From an uncultured Bacilli bacterium (GTDB taxonomy: Bacteria; Bacillota_I; Bacilli_A; RF39; UBA660): a DNA stretch of 64,000 bases. Where the stretch lies: contig CANQVB010000001.1 of the NCBI GenBank assembly GCA_947627225.1, forward strand, positions 564-64,563, read 5' to 3'. The notes under the pieces were generated by a model, which saw only the letters and a program-made list of their open reading frames with translations, was not told where the DNA came from and did no database searches. Every line of letters begins with the position of its first letter. Position 1 is the stretch's first letter. The position numbers were made by a program, and so were the translations under genes. This document shows positions 58,389 through 64,000 of the stretch, piece after piece.

Positions 58389-59522
58389 TTATTGGTAATT
58401 ATGTATATTCACAAAACCACCACTAGATCCGATTCTTAATGATCCTAATGTACCAAATTGACAATTACCATTAATGCAAGAATTTACTTTATCTACAAAA
58501 TCATTTGTTTCATCATTAGAAAAATCAGCAAGCAACGTGCTAATAATATATCTTAATTCATTGCTACTATAAGATGAAGCGTCATAATATAAATCTAAAC
58601 TAACTTTCGTTATATTACCATTTTTGTCAATTTTATATTCTATAGTTGAGGTCCTGTCACTAGAAACTATTTTTTCAAAATTACAGTTTCTTGTTATTGA
58701 ATAGCCATAATCATTCAAATTACTTTGTATCATTTCACAAGTATTATTAATGTTAGCCTTATATTCATTGTTATTGCCAATTCCTATAAATAAATCTATC
58801 ATTGAAAACAAGAAAAATACACATAATACAATTAAACTTCTTACTAATACACGAGCTAAAAGAGATTTTTCACCACTATTACTTTGAGAAATATTCATAC
58901 CTTCATATAATTTTGGAATAACTAATTTTTTATTTCCCTCACAAATATATACTAAATTATATTTTGTTTCTTTTAGTAATTTTGGATTATTATAAATCTT
59001 CTTCTTATAAATATCAGTATCAAAGAATTTATTGACAAACTCTTGATTAGTATTAAGCTTTATTAACGTAATAATACTATCCATGTTTATTGCTGCATTT
59101 CCAGCTACAACAGATTTTGAATTGGCAATATTTTTAGCCATATAAGTTGTCATTATAGTATCAAATGCTAAATCAATACCATTTGCTTTTTCGGGACTTA
59201 TTATTTTACCTTTTATAATCTTATTATCTTCAAATTTATAAGAATACAAAAGAGGATTTAAAAATTTATAAAGACCAACTCCAAATATAAGGCCAAATAT
59301 TATAGTAGAAGCACAAAGAATCACTGATAAATTGTCTAATATAAAAGCACTTTCAATATCAAAAATTGAACATAAACATAAGTAGGGAACTTCTGCAAAA
59401 AGGAAAGTGCTAAACATAGATATTAGCCCTACAAACCCCCATAATTGTATATTAAGTGCTCTTGTTTTCTTCTCAAATTTAAAAGACGGAGAAAAAATAT
59501 TGTTATTCATTAAAAAATTCAC
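58389..59522 (-). CDS. Hypothetical polytopic membrane protein
   Basis: The 377 aa product has several TM segments. It is AT-rich with no recognisable motif. Confidence 0.4.
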   Translation of the reverse strand: MNFLMNNNIFSPSFKFEKKTRALNIQLWGFVGLISMFSTFLFAEVPYLCLCSIFDIESAFILDNLSVILCASTIIFGLIFGVGLYKFLNPLLYSYKFEDNKIIKGKIISPEKANGIDLAFDTIMTTYMAKNIANSKSVVAGNAAINMDSIITLIKLNTNQEFVNKFFDTDIYKKKIYNNPKLLKETKYNLVYICEGNKKLVIPKLYEGMNISQSNSGEKSLLARVLVRSLIVLCVFFLFSMIDLFIGIGNNNEYKANINNTCEMIQSNLNDYGYSITRNCNFEKIVSSDRTSTIEYKIDKNGNITKVSLDLYYDASSYSSNELRYIISTLLADFSNDETNDFVDKVNSCINGNCQFGTLGSLRIGSSGGFVNIHNYQ

Positions 59523-59851
59523 CTACTTTCTTAACCAGTATATCATATTATGTATGGAGTTTAGAAAGGAAATTGATAAACATAAAATTTTGTCTACTTT
59601 CTCTTAGCTCATGTAAAATAATGAGACCCACTTAATTGCGACGACACTGTTGTCGCAACTGGAAAGCACACATAAAATTTTCTCATTCTTGATTAATTCG
59701 TTACGCATTAAATTTCCTCAATCATTTACATAGTAAAGCTTTTGTATATACAAATTATAGTTCCTAGAGAACCATAGATACCGATAGATTTTATCTTTTC
59801 TTTTATTGTATCTTTTTAAAAAAAATTCCTTATAAATAAAAAAAGAAGACC

Positions 59852-60295
59852 TTACAAATTCTTATACTTTCGTAATTTCTCCATTTCTAGTTTTCGATCT
59901 TTTTCTTTGAGACTTTCTCGTTTGTCATAGTTTTTCTTGCCCTTACAAAGCCCCAGTAATACTTTTGCTTTATTCTTTACAAAGTAAATCTTCAAAGGAA
60001 TTAACGTATACCCTTCCAAACGAACTTTATTGTCTAATTTTCGAATTTCATTTTTATGCAGCAAAAGTTTACGAGTGCGTACTTCATCATGGTTAAAAAC
60101 ACTTCCCTCTTGATATGTGGAAATAAAAGCATTTAGAAGATAGCATTCTTGATTTCTTAGGATGGCATAACTATCTTTCAAGTTACACTTCCCTGCACGA
60201 ATAGACTTAATCTCAGTTCCTACTAAGCATAGACCACATTCAAAAGTGTCTTCGATAAAGTAATCATGCCTTGCCCGTCGATTTACAATTTCCAT
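59852..60295 (-). CDS. smpB: SsrA-binding protein SmpB
   Basis: The N-terminus [31 protein letters not shown] is diagnostic of SmpB. The length is 147 aa and the gene sits next to rnr. Confidence 0.9.
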   Translation of the reverse strand: MEIVNRRARHDYFIEDTFECGLCLVGTEIKSIRAGKCNLKDSYAILRNQECYLLNAFISTYQEGSVFNHDEVRTRKLLLHKNEIRKLDNKVRLEGYTLIPLKIYFVKNKAKVLLGLCKGKKNYDKRESLKEKDRKLEMEKLRKYKNL

Positions 60296-60296
60296 G

Positions 60297-61472
60297 TTAT
60301 CCTCCTAACTCTGGCATTGCAATTTGTGCACCTAATTCTTCTTGCACAATGCCTTTATATCGTTCATAATAATTTTTATAATTGGGTAAAAGTGCATTGG
60401 ATAGTTGCGTATAAGGATATACCTCAAACGATCTTTTCCGACCTACATTGGAATGCGTATAAAGAAGTTCTGCTTTTAAGTCTTCAAGCGAAATAGTCGT
60501 GATGCCACGATTGGTTGTTTTCTTAATGTTTACAGAAGCAAGTAAGCCAGTTAATCGTTCAATCCCTTCTTGATCTGAAATAAAGTTTCCAAGAGAATAG
60601 ATCACAAGGGTATTTCCAACATAAGCAATAGGTTCAACCACGTGTGGATGAGCACCGATGATAATATTGACACCAAGCGAAGATAAATAGTTGGCAATTC
60701 GTTCCTGGTCATAAGAAATGCCATGAGAATACTCTGTTCCCCAGTGCATTGCTACTAAAATGACATCTACTTTATCCCGAACAGCTTCAATATCTTGTTT
60801 TGCAAGTTCATCTGAGTAAACGTTGTTTAAATACTCTTTTCCTACAGGTGTTTCGAGTCCATTGGTCCAAGTTGTGTAAGAAAAGAAAGCATAGCGAATC
60901 CCATTGATTTCTTGTATTTTAACCTGGTCTCTTTCTTCAAAAGAAGTGTAACTTCCTGCCGTAAAAGCAGGTTTATCCTTCCAATAAGCAAGCGAATTTA
61001 AAACACCTTGTTCTCCTTTATCCATTGTATGATTGGTAGCAAGAGAGACGAGATTAAACCCAGCATCTAAAAAGGCATCTCCTACTTCTTGGGGAGAATT
61101 AAATCTTGGATAATTGGAATATCCTAAAGAAGCGCCTCCTAAAATCGTTTCCTGATTGTAATACCTTAAATCGTAATCTTGTACCATAGGTTTTATTTTA
61201 GCAAGCATGGGTTTAAAGTCATAACTTCCATCACTTTGTCTTGCATCTTCGTAAACCGTACTATGAATTAAAGCATCCCCTATCATCACAAGAGATGCCT
61301 CTTCTGTGGTAGGTTCTTTAAGAGAGACTTCATAAATTTTTTCTTTCGGTTTTTTTGTCTTTTTGAAAACTTCATAACTGACCCCAGCACTCACTAAAAA
61401 AATGCCTGATAAGAAAAGAAGAAGTAACGTCTTAATAGGACGTTTTAGTTTTCTTTTCTTTTTCACTGCCAT
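60297..61472 (-). CDS. CapA family metallophosphatase (poly-gamma-glutamate synthesis CapA/PgsA-like), membrane anchored
   Basis: An N-terminal TM segment is followed by metallophosphoesterase motifs: [24 protein letters not shown] and GAHPHVVEP. Confidence 0.75.
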   Translation of the reverse strand: MAVKKKRKLKRPIKTLLLLFLSGIFLVSAGVSYEVFKKTKKPKEKIYEVSLKEPTTEEASLVMIGDALIHSTVYEDARQSDGSYDFKPMLAKIKPMVQDYDLRYYNQETILGGASLGYSNYPRFNSPQEVGDAFLDAGFNLVSLATNHTMDKGEQGVLNSLAYWKDKPAFTAGSYTSFEERDQVKIQEINGIRYAFFSYTTWTNGLETPVGKEYLNNVYSDELAKQDIEAVRDKVDVILVAMHWGTEYSHGISYDQERIANYLSSLGVNIIIGAHPHVVEPIAYVGNTLVIYSLGNFISDQEGIERLTGLLASVNIKKTTNRGITTISLEDLKAELLYTHSNVGRKRSFEVYPYTQLSNALLPNYKNYYERYKGIVQEELGAQIAMPELGG

Positions 61473-61474
61473 AA

Positions 61475-63574
61475 CTACACCTTCTTTACAATTTCAAAAT
61501 CAATTTGTTTTTCTTCTTTGCTTGCACGAACGACTTTGACTAAAACACGGTCACCAATTTTATATTGTAAGTGACTTCGCTCTCCAGTTAGTGTCATATT
61601 TTCTTCATCATAGTGGAAGAAATCATCCATATCTCGTATCGGAACAAGGCCTTCGATGAGGTTATCTAACTCTACAAACATTCCAAAGTTCATCACTGAA
61701 GAAATCATCCCTTCAAATTCTTCTCCAATATGACTTTCCATATATTCTGCCATCTTCATATCTTCTACTTCTCGTTCACAATCTACACTAGAGCGCTCTT
61801 TGGCGGAAGAATGTTCTGCGATATAAACTAACTTATCTTCAAAGTGCTGTATGGTAGAATGAGAAAGGTTGTGGTCGAATAAATAGGTATGTAAAAGTCT
61901 ATGTACTGTCGTATCGGGATATCTTCGAATTGGACTTGTAAAATGCGTATAGCAAGGACTAGCAAGACCAAAGTGTCCTACATTATCCTTCGAATAAATC
62001 GCTTTTTGCATACTTCGTAACATTAAGGAAGCCAAAATCTTGTATTCTTTTTTATCTTCCAGTTCTTTCAAAATTCTCTGAATGGTCTTTGGATCTTGGT
62101 TTTTCACATTTCCATTCACATGATATCCAAGCGTTCCAATAAACTGTAAGAACTCACGAATCTTTTCTTCCTTAGGACTTTCATGAATTCGGTAAATAAA
62201 CGGTAAATCCATGTAGAAAATATGTGTCGCAACACATTCGTTGGCAGCAATCATAAAGTCTTCGATTAACTTTTCGCCAACCCCTCGTTCTCTTGGTTTG
62301 ATCTCGTAAGGTACACAAGCATCATCCACTAAAATCTTCGCTTCATCCACATCAAAATCAATATAACCTCGTGCCTTTTTCTTCTTGCGCAAAAGGTCTG
62401 CCAATTGATGCATGGCAGTTAAGCTTTCTACAAAAGGGGAATAACCTTCTGGAATTTCGCGCCTTTCTAAAATCGCATTGACACAAGTATAAGTCATTTG
62501 TTTTCTACTTCGAATCACACTTGGGAAAATTTCATAATCTTTTAAATTTCCCTCCAAGTCATACTGCATCACACAACTGATGGTAAGGCGATCTACACCT
62601 GGATTTAACGAGCAAATACCATTGGAAAGCTCATGAGGAAGCATTGGAATTACACGGTCTACCAAATAAACACTCGTACCTCGCTCCATAGCGCTCTCAT
62701 CCAAAGGACTTCCTTCTTTAACATAGTGTGACACATCTGCGATATGAACACCAAGTTCATAGCCATCTTCTTTCTTTCGAATCGAAATTGCATCATCAAT
62801 ATCTTTCGTATCCGCACCATCTATGGTAAAGATTTCTTCTTCTCGCAAGTCCCTTCTTCCTTGATATTCTTCTTCTAAAACTACTTCAGGAATCGTTTTC
62901 ACTTCTTCTTTCACTTCTAAAGGAAAGTCCACTTCAATTCCATATTTATAGACAATCGATAGAATATCTACACCTGGGTCATTTTTATGTCCAATAATCT
63001 CCACAACTTTTCCTTCACTCTGCTGATTAGAAAGTCGCTTGATAATTTCAACAACCACTTTATGTCCATCGACAGCATGCAACGCATTTTCTTTGGAAAC
63101 AACGACTTCCATTTGAATTTTATCTTCATCAAGCTTCACAATGCCAACATCATTTTGAAAGGTAATCTCTCCAACAAAACGATTGCTAGAACGTTTTAAA
63201 ACACGTAAGATTCTTCCTTCCATGCGGTCTAGGCTTTTCTTGCTGATTACTTCCACCAAAACAGTATCTCCATGAAGGGCACCATTGATATTTTCTTTGG
63301 AAACATAAACATCCTGTTCGCTTTCCTCGATATCTACAAAACCAAAGCCCTTTTTATTAGCATGCATAACTCCTTTTTTTAAATGGCTATCTTCTAGAAT
63401 CATATACTTATCTTTATTGGTATGATAAATCAGTGCATCTTCTTCCATATGATATAAAATTTTGGTCAACTCTTCTAAAGAAAGCGTATCTTTTGTTCCT
63501 AGTTTTTCTTCCAGTTCAAAAATAGAAATGGCTTTCCCCTCTTCTTTTAAAATTTCTAAAACTTTATCTTCCAT
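61475..63574 (-). CDS. rnr: Ribonuclease R
   Basis: The 699 aa product has an N-terminal winged-helix, a cold-shock-like region, an RNB catalytic domain (DGADTKDIDDAISI) and a C-terminal S1 domain. Confidence 0.9.
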   Translation of the reverse strand: MEDKVLEILKEEGKAISIFELEEKLGTKDTLSLEELTKILYHMEEDALIYHTNKDKYMILEDSHLKKGVMHANKKGFGFVDIEESEQDVYVSKENINGALHGDTVLVEVISKKSLDRMEGRILRVLKRSSNRFVGEITFQNDVGIVKLDEDKIQMEVVVSKENALHAVDGHKVVVEIIKRLSNQQSEGKVVEIIGHKNDPGVDILSIVYKYGIEVDFPLEVKEEVKTIPEVVLEEEYQGRRDLREEEIFTIDGADTKDIDDAISIRKKEDGYELGVHIADVSHYVKEGSPLDESAMERGTSVYLVDRVIPMLPHELSNGICSLNPGVDRLTISCVMQYDLEGNLKDYEIFPSVIRSRKQMTYTCVNAILERREIPEGYSPFVESLTAMHQLADLLRKKKKARGYIDFDVDEAKILVDDACVPYEIKPRERGVGEKLIEDFMIAANECVATHIFYMDLPFIYRIHESPKEEKIREFLQFIGTLGYHVNGNVKNQDPKTIQRILKELEDKKEYKILASLMLRSMQKAIYSKDNVGHFGLASPCYTHFTSPIRRYPDTTVHRLLHTYLFDHNLSHSTIQHFEDKLVYIAEHSSAKERSSVDCEREVEDMKMAEYMESHIGEEFEGMISSVMNFGMFVELDNLIEGLVPIRDMDDFFHYDEENMTLTGERSHLQYKIGDRVLVKVVRASKEEKQIDFEIVKKV

Positions 63575-63691
63575 CGAATCACCCTCTATCCTACTACTAT
63601 CATATCATGTTTCTTGGTGTTTTACACGAAATTTCTTGTATTTTGGCAGCCTTCTTAGTAAAATAAGAAACACACGAAAGAAGGAAGAAAA

Positions 63692-64000
63692 ATGGCCTTA
63701 TTAGAATCTTGGAAAGATACCCTTGAAACAGAGAAGAAACTACATACTTTTTATCGTTTTCAAGGCGGACATAGTTTTAACACCTTTGCCTACAATGAAC
63801 AAGAAGTCCAGTATCAAAATCCCAATCGTTATACTTACTTTTCAGCGGGGAAAAAGCATCATGAATATTATACGCAAAAACGCGTAAACCAAGCCTTAAT
63901 CCATCTTTTAGATCACACTTTACCTAGCAATTTTCTTTCCCATCATAATCCTAAACAAATGCAAGAAATACCAAGACTTCTTACATCCTTACAAAATATG
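63692..64000 (+). CDS. Hypothetical protein; the 3' end is truncated at the window edge
   Basis: The ATG at 63692 is preceded by GAAGGAAG. An open frame of 103 codons runs to the window end (MALLESWKDTLETEKKLHTFYRFQGGHSF...). It is not in the ORF track because it is incomplete. Confidence 0.35.
   Translation, partial: MALLESWKDTLETEKKLHTFYRFQGGHSFNTFAYNEQEVQYQNPNRYTYFSAGKKHHEYYTQKRVNQALIHLLDHTLPSNFLSHHNPKQMQEIPRLLTSLQNM

Noticed and set aside
59523-59851. Looked for tmRNA (ssrA) downstream of smpB on the minus strand
   Set aside because: No GGGG 5' start, no GGTTCGA(C/T)TCC T-arm and no CCA-ending acceptor were found on either strand. The region is AT-rich with only a nested hairpin.
63462-63704. 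An 80-aa plus-strand ORF overlapping the rnr start
   Set aside because: It overlaps the well-supported rnr N-terminus on the opposite strand. The downstream ATG at 63692, which has an SD, is the more plausible start of the next gene.

Overview
The window is a low-GC Firmicutes-type chromosomal segment; the precise taxon is not assignable from sequence alone. Core genes are mostly on the minus strand: truA, an ECF-like ABC module, uvrA, uvrB, lgt, trxB, yvcK-like/whiA, fhs, corA, a short Rel/SpoT homolog, ftsE-ftsX-M23 peptidase, smpB and rnr. These are interrupted by several visibly AT-richer accessory islets (about 10.6-13.5 kb, 35-41.3 kb, 48.5-49.3 kb and 56.4-59.8 kb) that carry repeats and small genes.

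The most interesting content is non-coding or small. (1) Four paralogous copies of a roughly 350-bp module each encode a 27-30 aa ultra-hydrophobic peptide with a strong SD. Each copy has a conserved upstream promoter, a convergent antisense promoter and a shared bidirectional terminator hairpin, and 25-30 bp inverted repeats bracket each small ORF. This is the architecture of a type I toxin-antitoxin family. The copies form two tandem pairs 36 kb apart in opposite orientation. (2) A 142-bp MITE-like element with 13-bp terminal inverted repeats is present three times, plus one solo end elsewhere. (3) A single DUF1016/YhcG-type PD-(D/E)xK gene is bracketed by 57-bp imperfect inverted repeats, giving a 1.5-kb IS-like cassette. 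(4) A 37-codon upstream ORF with a strong SD contains an intrinsic terminator and overlaps the start codon of the rsh gene, suggesting a translation-dependent attenuator.

Other points are a frameshifted KilA-N gene, a decayed YoeB toxin remnant, an ABC ATPase pair with asymmetric degenerate motifs, three tandem N-terminal zinc-ribbon membrane proteins, a collagen-like BclA-type protein, and a direct-repeat-bounded AT-rich two-gene cassette. No tRNA, rRNA, tmRNA or CRISPR array was recognised.
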